From positions 1 to 32,795 of the IMG/VR virus record IMGVR_UViG_3300032213_000678: a stretch of DNA of 32,795 nucleotides; one strand, given 5' to 3'. Numbering within the stretch: the stretch's first letter is position 1; every line of letters begins with the position of its first letter. The notes under the pieces were generated by a model, which saw nothing but the letters and a program-made list of their open reading frames with translations, was not told the DNA's origin and did not search any database. Position numbers and translations under genes: made by a program. The DNA comes from a virus. Taxonomy: Duplodnaviria > Caudoviricetes. Below, one piece after another: positions 7,506-16,761 of this stretch.

Positions 7506-9523
7506 TATTCAGCTCCTGGTATTGGAGACTGACTTCCCCCAATTATGCTTGTGCTATTTCCTTTGGTAGGCTTGACTCGTCCAGATCCGCTGGAGCTCCC
7601 TCTGGGTATGCTAGACCCAGATAATTCTCCCTGGTTATTGGCAGGTTGAATTTCTTGAGGAGATTGAGAACGTAATCCGGCTCGCTCCCACTCTGGGGGA
7701 TTGATTCCACCTGCGGCTGTAAAGACTTCATTTCTTGCCTCGTCTAATGAGAGTTTTCCCTTCCGATATTGTAACCAGATATTGTCAATGGCTTCAGAAT
7801 TTTTTGCAGTTTTAAATGTATCTGGGAATAGACCTCTTACTGCCTCCCAAGTAATTGATTGCATTTGTCTTGGCAATACGCCACGTTCCTCTGCAGCTCG
7901 TCGGTATGCTTCAGCATATAAACCATAGGTACCTTGTACGCCAGTAACTGAACTATTAGCAGGGCCACCTTCTCCTTTAACGCCAGATCCAAAATTATGT
8001 AATACCTCTCTACTATTGCCTGATAACGGTCTTAACAAACCGGCAGCAACAGCATGAGTATCAATTGTGACATTACCAGATGGATCATATGGTGCATAAA
8101 TGTTGCTGTAAAAACTACGCACTTTATGCTGGCCACCAAGATTAGCACTAATATTTGCTTTGCTTGGATCTTGCAAAATAACTACTGCTTTACCTATTTC
8201 ATTTAATGAGCCCCAACCTGTTTTGTATGGCACACCTTTATCTGTCAAACGCACACCAGCAAAGTCTCCCTCTGGAGTAACTATCTGATGTTCACGTGGT
8301 ATATGTGCCTGATCATAGGTGCGCAGCCACATTGCCTTTAAACCAGGATCATCAATTTCTTGAAGTGTTTTTCCTTTAATGGCCTCAAGCATTGGAGCAT
8401 ATTTTTCTTTAGCCCAAATTTCTGTAGCCTTCTGGCTCATTGCATCATCCCACTTGTATCCTTGCTTTTGCGTCATAACATCTAACACGCGCTGGCCAAG
8501 AGATACATTCATAAACCAATCCTTTTGCGGAGATAAAACCGCAAGCACACCAGCTAATGCCTGGTCTGGCTGGTTATATTCTTTACCCCAACGATCAACT
8601 ATATTTCTAGCACCGTCATACCAAAGCATGCTTCTTGCTCTAGTATCTTCTGGCACTTTGTCATAAAGATAAAGCAGATTGTTTTTAACTTCATTAATAA
8701 AATCATCTGCTTGTTTATCTGGAGTTCTTGATTTAGATTTAAAGTTTGGATACTGCTGCACCAAACTCATATTATGTTTAAATGCTTCAGGATCTCTTTT
8801 CGCAGAATCAAGATCAATTATTAAGTTTTGATCTAATGGATTCTCAGTAGCTTTTACGGCTGTAGGTAGCCTGGTACTAATAATATCAGGGCCAACATTT
8901 TTTATGCTCATGCCAATAGGCATTCCTTTAGTTGCTTGCAATCCATACTTTAATCCAGCAGTTCCAGCTTCTATAGCTCCAGGTAGAGGAGCAAACTCGC
9001 CAAATGTTTCTCCAACATTAGCGGTTGCCTGTCTACTCTTTTGGTCAGCAACTCCAGCTGGTATTGTTGGTGGCAAAGCAGGTACATTAATATCTGTACC
9101 AGGAATTCTGAATCCTTCTTTCTTTACTTGCTCAGTAGTGGCCATCTTTGTTTTTTGCTCTACGCCTTTTAGAAAAGCATCGATTCTTCCTTGATCTTCT
9201 GGGCGATTAAATACAGATGCAAAACCATTGTAGAGCTGCTCAAGATCTCCACCTAGACCAAGAGTCTGAGCTGTGGCACCACGCGCAAATCCAGCAAACA
9301 AATCTGCTAATCCAGTTAATGGTTTCTCCAAACCACCGGCTGCAGCAGATTGCTGCTTAGTAACACCACCACGCCCAAAACGTGGGCCGGCATCAGTCAT
9401 TGTTGATGATGGGCCAGCAGCCAACTGCATACCTTCCAGGCTTGGCTCTTCTTGATCTATAGGCAGATAGTTAACATCAAGGTAATGATTGACGATTGCA
9501 TCCTCTAATTTTGAGTAAGCCAT
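7505..9523 (-). CDS. Internal virion protein with an HhH-GPD DNA-glycosylase-like (DUF7178-like) domain
   Basis: Lies within the ejection-protein cluster, TAATG-coupled on both sides; motifs WYDGA, AGVLAVLSPQ, GQHKVRSFYSNI, VTIDTHA, EAYRRAA, QMQSITW. Confidence 0.7.
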   Translation of the reverse strand: MAYSKLEDAIVNHYLDVNYLPIDQEEPSLEGMQLAAGPSSTMTDAGPRFGRGGVTKQQSAAAGGLEKPLTGLADLFAGFARGATAQTLGLGGDLEQLYNGFASVFNRPEDQGRIDAFLKGVEQKTKMATTEQVKKEGFRIPGTDINVPALPPTIPAGVADQKSRQATANVGETFGEFAPLPGAIEAGTAGLKYGLQATKGMPIGMSIKNVGPDIISTRLPTAVKATENPLDQNLIIDLDSAKRDPEAFKHNMSLVQQYPNFKSKSRTPDKQADDFINEVKNNLLYLYDKVPEDTRARSMLWYDGARNIVDRWGKEYNQPDQALAGVLAVLSPQKDWFMNVSLGQRVLDVMTQKQGYKWDDAMSQKATEIWAKEKYAPMLEAIKGKTLQEIDDPGLKAMWLRTYDQAHIPREHQIVTPEGDFAGVRLTDKGVPYKTGWGSLNEIGKAVVILQDPSKANISANLGGQHKVRSFYSNIYAPYDPSGNVTIDTHAVAAGLLRPLSGNSREVLHNFGSGVKGEGGPANSSVTGVQGTYGLYAEAYRRAAEERGVLPRQMQSITWEAVRGLFPDTFKTAKNSEAIDNIWLQYRKGKLSLDEARNEVFTAAGGINPPEWERAGLRSQSPQEIQPANNQGELSGSSIPRGSSSGSGRVKPTKGNSTSIIGGSQSPIPGAE
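7543..7731 (-). CDS. 62-aa acidic protein overprinted (+1 frame) in the 3' end of 7505-9523; candidate inhibitor
   Basis: GAGG SD 6 nt before the ATG; globular-looking DYVLNLLKKFNLPITRENYLGLAYP core, while the host frame is low-complexity S/G/P over most of this stretch. Confidence 0.6.
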   Translation of the reverse strand: MKSLQPQVESIPQSGSEPDYVLNLLKKFNLPITRENYLGLAYPEGAPADLDESSLPKEIAQA

Positions 9524-11298
9524 TATTTAATACCTTTTAGTATGTTTTGTTTCTTTTTCAAGATATCAACATCAGCATCTTTTAATTTATATTTTGTTTT
9601 TAAATCATCAATATTTGTTGATTCATCAATAACTGTACCAGTAGGTAATCTTTTAGACTGAATAAGATCTGAAGTTATTCCTTCAATTGATTTTCTAGCA
9701 GCATTCTTTGTTACATCAGCTTTATCAATTTGCTCGTATTTTTCTTTGGCCATTAATGCCAATTGATTATATGGAATCTCAATTCCAGGACTAGTTTTCC
9801 TAAACTCTTTAATATTGTTTTCGTAATAAGAAACAATAGTTAATTCTTTATTAATTTTTGCCTCATCATCTTTTGTGGCAAATGAACTAACAACATCTGG
9901 AGTTCCAGCAAATCTGCGAATCAAACGTCTAGCATCAGTATCATCTTTTTTAACGCCATCTAATAAACGGCTGTTTAACCTGGCAAACTGAGTGCCACTC
10001 ATACCAGTACGCTGAGCTGCTTTTTTTAGCTGGTTAACATCTGTAATATCGCCAAATACAATTCGTGATTCCAAATCTGCATATGCATATGGATCACCTT
10101 CTTTAGTTTCTGGTTTTAAAAAATGCTCAATCTGCTCAATAGATAAAACACCCATCTTTGTTAACTCAACAGCTATTTGACGTTTTTGTTGAGCAGATGT
10201 TTTAGGATCATGATATGTCAACAGCATATTGTTTGCTGTTTTATGATCCGCATCTTTTTGCTCTTTATCTTTATCTTGCTGATCTTGTCTACGATAAGAA
10301 ACAAGAGTATTAAATTCCTTGTTTATATCTTCAATAGCTTTTGAGTCTAACTGTAAATTTTGCAATACAGGACTAAGTTTGCCAAGATTGCCGGCAAGAA
10401 TGTCTGATCTTGTTTTTGCAACATCACGCATGTAATCTTCTTTACGTAATTCTTGTTTGATTACATTTATTTGCGCATCACGAAAATCTTTTTGAAAATC
10501 ATTGATGTACTTATTTGACATTTCAAGGCCAATGCCTTTTGTAAAAGCAGCCTGTCTTAATCTACCTAATGATGCTTCACCAATTATTGCTAACTCTGCA
10601 GGATTGTTTTTTGCATGGTTTTGCAATAATGTTATTTCATTATTATAAAAAGAGTCGAATTCTGTTTCTCTTACGCGCTTATTAAATTTTGATTCCGCTT
10701 CTAACGCTGACCTATAAACAGAGTTACCATGAGCTGCCATGGTTGCATTAAAACGAATAGCTGCAGCTGGATCTATTTCTGCCAGCACTTCACTATTTGC
10801 TTTAGTAAACGTATTTATTTTTTCAATTATATTTTTAGATGATGCAGTAGGATTACCCTGCTGAATATCATCCAACATTTTTACTAGCTCAGCAGTGCCT
10901 TGCTGCTCAAACAAGTTTGATAGTTGAGCACTTCTGGCTTTCATTACTGCTTCATTAAACTTACTTGGCAAAATGCTTGCTGCATTTTTTTGCACCTTGC
11001 CATCTTTAATGCTTACTCCACCACCAATATTTAAATCTATGCCACCCTGCGAATCAATTAACTGTTCTTGAGTAATTGGGTTTTCTGCTGCGTATTTAAG
11101 ACCTTCTTCTGCGCGTAATTTACCTGCATACTCAAATAATCCAGAGCTCATTCTATCTAGGATTTGAGCCATAACATGGCCAGATTCAGCTTCAACGCGA
11201 CCAGCAAAATACTGCACAGGCCGAGGCTCTACCTGACGCATAGGAACACCGCCAGGTTGACGTAGCTGTATATTTCCCGGATCTAATCTAGTGGCCAT
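9523..11298 (-). CDS. Internal virion protein, in the T7 gp15 position
   Basis: About 590 aa, helical and charged, AT-rich; follows the gp14-like gene. Confidence 0.7.
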   Translation of the reverse strand: MATRLDPGNIQLRQPGGVPMRQVEPRPVQYFAGRVEAESGHVMAQILDRMSSGLFEYAGKLRAEEGLKYAAENPITQEQLIDSQGGIDLNIGGGVSIKDGKVQKNAASILPSKFNEAVMKARSAQLSNLFEQQGTAELVKMLDDIQQGNPTASSKNIIEKINTFTKANSEVLAEIDPAAAIRFNATMAAHGNSVYRSALEAESKFNKRVRETEFDSFYNNEITLLQNHAKNNPAELAIIGEASLGRLRQAAFTKGIGLEMSNKYINDFQKDFRDAQINVIKQELRKEDYMRDVAKTRSDILAGNLGKLSPVLQNLQLDSKAIEDINKEFNTLVSYRRQDQQDKDKEQKDADHKTANNMLLTYHDPKTSAQQKRQIAVELTKMGVLSIEQIEHFLKPETKEGDPYAYADLESRIVFGDITDVNQLKKAAQRTGMSGTQFARLNSRLLDGVKKDDTDARRLIRRFAGTPDVVSSFATKDDEAKINKELTIVSYYENNIKEFRKTSPGIEIPYNQLALMAKEKYEQIDKADVTKNAARKSIEGITSDLIQSKRLPTGTVIDESTNIDDLKTKYKLKDADVDILKKKQNILKGIK

Positions 11299-11309
11299 AT
11301 TCAATTACC

Positions 11310-11945
11310 TTATTTAGTTTTTGGTGGTGCAGCTTTAGGAGCTGTTTCGCCATAAACAGTAGTGCCAAAATTAATAGCAGCAGAGCCAAGCGTATAATTG
11401 CTCATCAATCCACCAGTGCGTTTAGATGCAGCTGCTGCCTGTTCGTATTGGCCAGCTTGTGCTGTAGCAGAATACTTATTAAGTATATTTTGAACAGCAG
11501 TAGATTCAAGCATTGCACTGGCATCCTCAAATCCTAATACCCTTGCAGCTAATGCATTCAAATCTGCAACACCAACATCCATCATTGTTGCTCTTGTGTT
11601 TTGTTGCTGAATAGCAAGCGCACTTCCACCGCCATAATCAATACCATTAGCTGCAGCTCTAGCACGCACAGCAGCATTTGATTCACGCTCTCTACGCAAC
11701 AATGTATTGCCAGCTATCTTCCAATTCATTTCCTCTGTCTTTGCTTTTTGCAAAAGACGTCCAGCCTGGATAGCTCCATACTCAGCATCAAGATCTGCGC
11801 GAACATTAGCAACCTCAAGCGAATTTCTGGCTTGCAAAAGAAAACTAGTTTGTTGGCTAATTGCCTCTGCTTGTCTAGCCTGACTAGCGCCATACGCTGT
11901 TATCAGGCCAGCACCAGCAGTTAACATTCCTGGAGTCATTGCCAT
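11310..11945 (-). CDS. Small internal virion protein, in the T7 gp14 position
   Basis: Ala/Gln-rich with hydrophobic Gly-rich ends and a RARAAANGID.GGGS motif; directly follows the nozzle gene. Confidence 0.75.
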   Translation of the reverse strand: MAMTPGMLTAGAGLITAYGASQARQAEAISQQTSFLLQARNSLEVANVRADLDAEYGAIQAGRLLQKAKTEEMNWKIAGNTLLRRERESNAAVRARAAANGIDYGGGSALAIQQQNTRATMMDVGVADLNALAARVLGFEDASAMLESTAVQNILNKYSATAQAGQYEQAAAASKRTGGLMSNYTLGSAAINFGTTVYGETAPKAAPPKTK

Positions 11946-11946
11946 A

Positions 11947-13932
11947 TCAAGTTCCTGAATTTACTGCGACTCGGTAATCAAGACCAAGCAATGTCATTTT
12001 TAGTGGCAGGTTTTGAGATACCTCAATTGCTTGTTCTCGGCTATATCCAAGTACACCATTAACCCTTTTAATGCCTGTATATGTAGGCTCGGCAGCATCA
12101 AGCATTGGATTATCAAATAACCTAAATGCTATCGGCTGAGAATTAATAATCATATGTTGCGTATCTTTTAAAACAGCACTGATTTCTACAATGCGCTTTT
12201 TAAAAGATAACCTAGTACCAGTTTGCAACTTAATGTCTACCGGCATTGTTTTAATGTAGACGGTCATTGGCAAACCAACTTCATAGCTGGTTGTGCTTGA
12301 TCTATCAAAAGTAACTGAACCACCACCGCTTACAGTTTCATTTGATTGAGGTATGCCATCAGTAATTACATTAAGAGCCTTACCAATATGTGGTAAGCCT
12401 GTAGCACTAGCAGCAGCACCACCAGTAAAAGAGCAATCTGTAAAGACATCGTAACTAAATAACTCGACAAAATATCTATCGACTAAATTAAACCTTCTTT
12501 TTGTAACTGTATATATGGACGTAATATCAACACCAACATCAATAAAACTACCGTCAGTAGTAAACTCAGATGGCGCTGTAATCTGCTGAGATCTCATGAT
12601 TGAAAACGCAGCCATACTTCCATCGGTATCATTTGTCATCAAAAGCAAATCAGCTTCTTCTGTGCTGGATGCTCTACGTAATGCAATGCGCTGTGGAGAC
12701 TTCAGCAAATGACCAGACATTAATGAGATACGTTGCGTGATATATGTCAGTTGAGAATCAGAGAACACAAACTCGTTTAATGATTTACCTTGGCGCTGAA
12801 TGTATACAGTACCAGTATCAACAGACTGCACCCTAGTTCCAGGCTTAACACCATTTCTTGATACGTTTTTAAAAATAAACGTCAATGGAGTTATTGGATC
12901 AGTAGCATTTTGCGGCACATAGAATTCACCACCAGTGCTAAATACCTGGAAATCTCTGGCACTTAAAATATCAGTAATTACGTTAAGTTCGTTAGTATCT
13001 AGCGTGGCTTCAACTGAGTCATCATCAAGAGATTCTGTTGGAACAAAATCAAAAAACAAACCAATCTTGCTTCCCCATATTGTTGATGGTCTAGACTTAG
13101 AACCACCAAAATATAATCTGCCTTCGTGGAAACTTACAGATCTTGGCCAGCCTTTAGTGCTTGACCACACATCCTCATAACCACTTTCTTTTTCCCAATT
13201 ACCATTAGCAATAGCTGTTGTATTAAAGAATGGATATTCAGTAATTACGTTCACAACAGTTGAGCTAACATATTGAATAATCTTTGCTCTTCCTTGTGGC
13301 GTTGCATTAATGTATTGATTAACGTCACCTGCGCTAAATACTCCAGATGATGCAGTCAACGTGATGTTCCCAGATACAGCGCTTGGAGTAAGCGTGCCAG
13401 CCGGGTTTGTATAAGTAATAGTGAATGCATACTTCGGTATGCTATCAAACGTAATTGTTGTGGCTGTCCAGCTAGCATCAGTAGCACCGCGCACAATCTT
13501 TACTGGCTGCAGATCTGGATGGACCACAATCAATGTATCTGCGGATTGCGTCCAGCACATATCATCAACCATATCTGATGTAATGCTAGTGGTCAGGTAA
13601 TTATTGGCACCAGCATTAATAGCAGTTATCACAGCGCCATTTTTAATAACGTACATGCGCTGGTGCGTAAAGCACAGCATATAGCTATCAGTAACTGAAA
13701 ACTGGAATGGCACCAAACGCACGCCATTGCCGGCACTCGGTGTGCTGCTATTAGGGAGCTCCAAGATATGCTTGGTGCCTGGTCTACGCCTTAACCCGCC
13801 TTGTGGCTGGATTAGCACATTAGTGGCTTTAGCTAGTGCGTTATTGTATTGATCGAGCTCTATCCTGGATCGCAGCAAAGGATCCAATTCGCCTGTACTA
13901 AAGTTAGACTGAATGTCAACAAAGCGTGGCAT
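11947..13932 (-). CDS. Tail nozzle / tail tubular protein B (T7 gp12-like)
   Basis: QSNFSTGELDP...N....QGGL.RRPGT N-terminus; WPRSVSFHEGRLYFGG; beta-rich, 661 aa. Confidence 0.9.
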   Translation of the reverse strand: MPRFVDIQSNFSTGELDPLLRSRIELDQYNNALAKATNVLIQPQGGLRRRPGTKHILELPNSSTPSAGNGVRLVPFQFSVTDSYMLCFTHQRMYVIKNGAVITAINAGANNYLTTSITSDMVDDMCWTQSADTLIVVHPDLQPVKIVRGATDASWTATTITFDSIPKYAFTITYTNPAGTLTPSAVSGNITLTASSGVFSAGDVNQYINATPQGRAKIIQYVSSTVVNVITEYPFFNTTAIANGNWEKESGYEDVWSSTKGWPRSVSFHEGRLYFGGSKSRPSTIWGSKIGLFFDFVPTESLDDDSVEATLDTNELNVITDILSARDFQVFSTGGEFYVPQNATDPITPLTFIFKNVSRNGVKPGTRVQSVDTGTVYIQRQGKSLNEFVFSDSQLTYITQRISLMSGHLLKSPQRIALRRASSTEEADLLLMTNDTDGSMAAFSIMRSQQITAPSEFTTDGSFIDVGVDITSIYTVTKRRFNLVDRYFVELFSYDVFTDCSFTGGAAASATGLPHIGKALNVITDGIPQSNETVSGGGSVTFDRSSTTSYEVGLPMTVYIKTMPVDIKLQTGTRLSFKKRIVEISAVLKDTQHMIINSQPIAFRLFDNPMLDAAEPTYTGIKRVNGVLGYSREQAIEVSQNLPLKMTLLGLDYRVAVNSGT

Positions 13933-14546
13933 TAGTTCCTCACTGCAATTAAGCTGAAATCCTCAATGATTCTTATTGGGTTACTCTGGCCATCTACCTG
14001 CATGCACTGCCTAAAATAACCACCTCGGCCATTCTCAGATGGATCACCCAGCGCAACATTACGCCACTTAGTAGACTTTTCTTGTTGCTCGGTAATTGAT
14101 TCTGCTACATGCCAGGCAACCATGTATTTCAACAGTTGCACAAAGTATTGTGGCATTGCATATTCTGCAACGCTATATTGATAGTCAATATAAACGCTGG
14201 TCAGATTTGTCAGCATTTGATCGCCCTGGATCTCCCAATCTTTTTGCACTGGAGCGCCAACGGATGCCGAGTTATATACGGCTCTAGGACCAGCAATGCG
14301 GTCACCAGGCAACTGGTATGCATACTTCCAAACGCTACCAGGTGCAGTCACCAGCTGAGCCAGCTGGATCTTTTTCATGTTGAATGACCATGGATACATG
14401 ACTAATGTACTGTCCCTAATATTTGGATAGAGTCGATCACAGATCGAGCTCTCGTCAGTACCATCATTAAATGATGTAATTGCCTTGGCTCCAATCATTA
14501 GGAGCGCATCAGCACAAATACGAATACCAGTATCGCCAGCTGCCAT
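13932..14546 (-). CDS. Head-tail adaptor / tail tubular protein A (T7 gp11-like)
   Basis: IC..AL..IGA..I, YPWSF and W.YAYQLP.D motifs; sits between capsid and nozzle genes. Confidence 0.88.
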   Translation of the reverse strand: MAAGDTGIRICADALLMIGAKAITSFNDGTDESSICDRLYPNIRDSTLVMYPWSFNMKKIQLAQLVTAPGSVWKYAYQLPGDRIAGPRAVYNSASVGAPVQKDWEIQGDQMLTNLTSVYIDYQYSVAEYAMPQYFVQLLKYMVAWHVAESITEQQEKSTKWRNVALGDPSENGRGGYFRQCMQVDGQSNPIRIIEDFSLIAVRN

Positions 14547-14562
14547 ATCAAACCTTTAATGT

Positions 14563-14598
14563 GATAAAGGGCCGGCTTCGGAAAACCGAGGCCAGCCC
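14563..14598 (-). terminator. Probable leaky intrinsic terminator after the capsid/decoration genes
   Basis: GGGCTGGCCTCGG-TTTT-CCGAAGCCGGCCC hairpin with a short TTTAT tail. Confidence 0.65.
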
Positions 14599-14617
14599 CA
14601 AGCTACATTGCCTACTA

Positions 14618-14896
14618 TTAACGGCTGTCGGTAGCAGTGACGGTCAGACCGTCAACAACGTCAACAACAGTACCTGTGTTTGAGTTTACCCAAACAGCAG
14701 TCATAGCAGGAGTACCGCCTGTGCTGGTATAGCAGAAAATAATATCGCCGACCTTTAAGATCGATGCAATAGTATTAAAATAACCCTCAGTGTTCACAGT
14801 AGCAATAGCATCAGTTGTGCTATAGGTGTGAATTGATGGTGCATTACCAGCTTTGTTAGCTGATGCGGTATTAAAACCGGTTGAAGAATATGCCAT
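14618..14896 (-). CDS. Probable capsid decoration/cement protein
   Basis: 92 aa directly after the capsid gene, strong AGGGGG SD; Y.TTD....V...GYF.....L.VGD.I motif. Confidence 0.7.
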   Translation of the reverse strand: MAYSSTGFNTASANKAGNAPSIHTYSTTDAIATVNTEGYFNTIASILKVGDIIFCYTSTGGTPAMTAVWVNSNTGTVVDVVDGLTVTATDSR

Positions 14897-14910
14897 GTTA
14901 ACCCCCTAGA

Positions 14911-15753
14911 TTAAGACTCGCGGCAGGTAATCGAAACGATACCTTCCGCATCAATGGTGATGGCACCGGCTGAGAATACCTCGTTAACCAACCAGCTGGT
15001 TTTCTCGGCAATGTAGTTAATCTCAGTACGCATGCCGATACCTTCAGCATAGCCAAGAGCATCGCGGTGGAAAGCAAAGCATGTACGATCCAACGAACCG
15101 TCAATAGCTAAACCACCTTCAGCACGATCACCCAGGATATGGAATTGGAAACCCATATAGGTATTCAATTCACCCTGAACCAGAGCCTTAACTGTGTTGA
15201 AGTCTGACGATGTAACAGTAGACTCAGACAACAGGTTAGACAGGCCATTAGCGTGGATGATGATGTGGCGGTTATCTGGTGGTACATTGTTTTTGTCCAT
15301 CAGACGCTTAGCTTCACGCAATTTAGCAATGTTCATGTTGCTGTCGGTAGCGCCAATGTCGTTCGAAACTGTAAGCGATGTGCCAGATGCTGCAAGTGCG
15401 TCCAGAATCAATTGATCTTGGCGGCGGCCCATAGCAGATGCAACCACTTTAACCAGCTCAGAACGCTCGTCGAAATTGACTTTAGCCTGGCTGAAAATGT
15501 CTGAATATTCAGCTGCATTCCAATCCTGCAGAGTACAGGTAACGGAACTAAAGCCAACATTCAAAGGTGTTACGTCAGTTTGAGCTACACGCAAAGTTGC
15601 GGCACCCTTACCAACTTTAGGGAATTTTACTGTTGAGCCCTCGACCCCACGGCGTTGACGCACTGCTGGAACTAAAACAGCTGATGCTTGATAAGCCTGT
15701 TTTACTTCAGCGTCAAACAGGGTTACAAAGGCGTTTGATAAAGAAACGGCCAT
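14911..15753 (-). CDS. Major capsid protein
   Basis: MAVSLSNAFVTLFDAEVKQAYQ N-terminus typical of this podovirus group; TAGGAG SD; follows the scaffold gene. Confidence 0.92.
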   Translation of the reverse strand: MAVSLSNAFVTLFDAEVKQAYQASAVLVPAVRQRRGVEGSTVKFPKVGKGAATLRVAQTDVTPLNVGFSSVTCTLQDWNAAEYSDIFSQAKVNFDERSELVKVVASAMGRRQDQLILDALAASGTSLTVSNDIGATDSNMNIAKLREAKRLMDKNNVPPDNRHIIIHANGLSNLLSESTVTSSDFNTVKALVQGELNTYMGFQFHILGDRAEGGLAIDGSLDRTCFAFHRDALGYAEGIGMRTEINYIAEKTSWLVNEVFSAGAITIDAEGIVSITCRES

Positions 15754-15899
15754 TTTGATACTCCTAGTTTATTGACAAAAGATTATTTGTCGCGCCGGTA
15801 TGCCAGTGATTCTGGGCCGATTACTTGTTGATTACGTCAACCAAACGTCTGATGCCACAGCGGTCAGGGTTCAACAGATATCTATTGAATAAGCCTGAT
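15754..15899 (-). ncRNA. Candidate structured 5' leader of the capsid mRNA
   Basis: Four hairpins between the scaffold terminator and the capsid SD; the single mismatch in the first inner stem is G-U on the minus strand. Confidence 0.5.
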
Positions 15900-15934
15900 A
15901 GCTTTTTACTCTTGTTCTTTTTAAAATGCAAGCC

Positions 15935-15958
15935 AAAAAAAACCCCGCCGTAGCGGGG
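15935..15958 (-). terminator. Intrinsic terminator after the scaffold gene
   Basis: CCCCGC-TACG-GCGGGG (cUACGg, UNCG-type loop) followed by 8 T. Confidence 0.85.
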
Positions 15959-15978
15959 CATCTGCGAGGAGGAGCAGA

Positions 15979-16761
15979 TTATCCGAAAGCCTGGTGAAAT
16001 AAGCGCTCAACCTTTTGGCGGTATGCCGGATCTGTTTGGTACTTAGGATCTCCAACCATTGCCTGGAGCTCTTCTTTGCTAGGCATGCCGGTAGTTGGTA
16101 CAGATTGAATTGGCACGCGACCTTCATACGTTTCACGCACCTTCATTAGAGCTCGTAGGCCGGTAGCAGTACCGCCCATAATCTTGAACTCCTCGAATTC
16201 ATCTGGTGACCAGATACCCTTCTTAACCAAACCCCTGCCCCAATCAACCATATCTTTAATCATAGCTTGGCCATTTGGTCCTAGCTTTTCCATCTCAACT
16301 TTAGGATCCACCATATCTGCTGACATAACGGATTCTGCTGTGGATCGCAGCTTAGACGCTAGATCATCAAACTGAGCCTGGCTTAATCCATTTTCTGCAG
16401 CCCAACCAACTAAGCTGGCAGCCATTGGATTTTCATCAACTGTTTGAGATCCAAATGCAGTTACATCATATTTGCCATCAGCTGGAGCGTTATGCTGACC
16501 TTTAGATATCTTGCCTCTTAGATCTTTCCAGCTTTTGGCCATACCTTCAAGATCTGGCTCGTTACTGTCTTTTTTCCAGAAATTCTCTGGCCACCAATCT
16601 GGGCGCTCAAGCGGATCATCCGGGCTTGCTGATACGTCAGTTGGATTAGATCTATGTTCTATTTCTGTGTGTTGCGGATTTGATGCTGTTTCTTCGTGCG
16701 CTGAAACATTGTCTAATAGGCCAGTGCTGCCACTGGGTTCGACGTTGGTTTCTGTGTTCAT
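15979..16761 (-). CDS. Capsid assembly scaffolding protein
   Basis: Acidic N-terminus, RPDWWPENFW, C-terminal DPKY..DPAYR..VE motif; lies between portal and capsid. Confidence 0.85.
   Translation of the reverse strand: MNTETNVEPSGSTGLLDNVSAHEETASNPQHTEIEHRSNPTDVSASPDDPLERPDWWPENFWKKDSNEPDLEGMAKSWKDLRGKISKGQHNAPADGKYDVTAFGSQTVDENPMAASLVGWAAENGLSQAQFDDLASKLRSTAESVMSADMVDPKVEMEKLGPNGQAMIKDMVDWGRGLVKKGIWSPDEFEEFKIMGGTATGLRALMKVRETYEGRVPIQSVPTTGMPSKEELQAMVGDPKYQTDPAYRQKVERLFHQAFG

Noticed and set aside
14898-15104. T7 10B-like frameshift or readthrough fusing the capsid to the decoration protein
   Set aside because: The alternative frame stops at 14898, the decoration gene is out of frame with the capsid and has an in-frame TAG at 14908-14906, and I saw no slippery site
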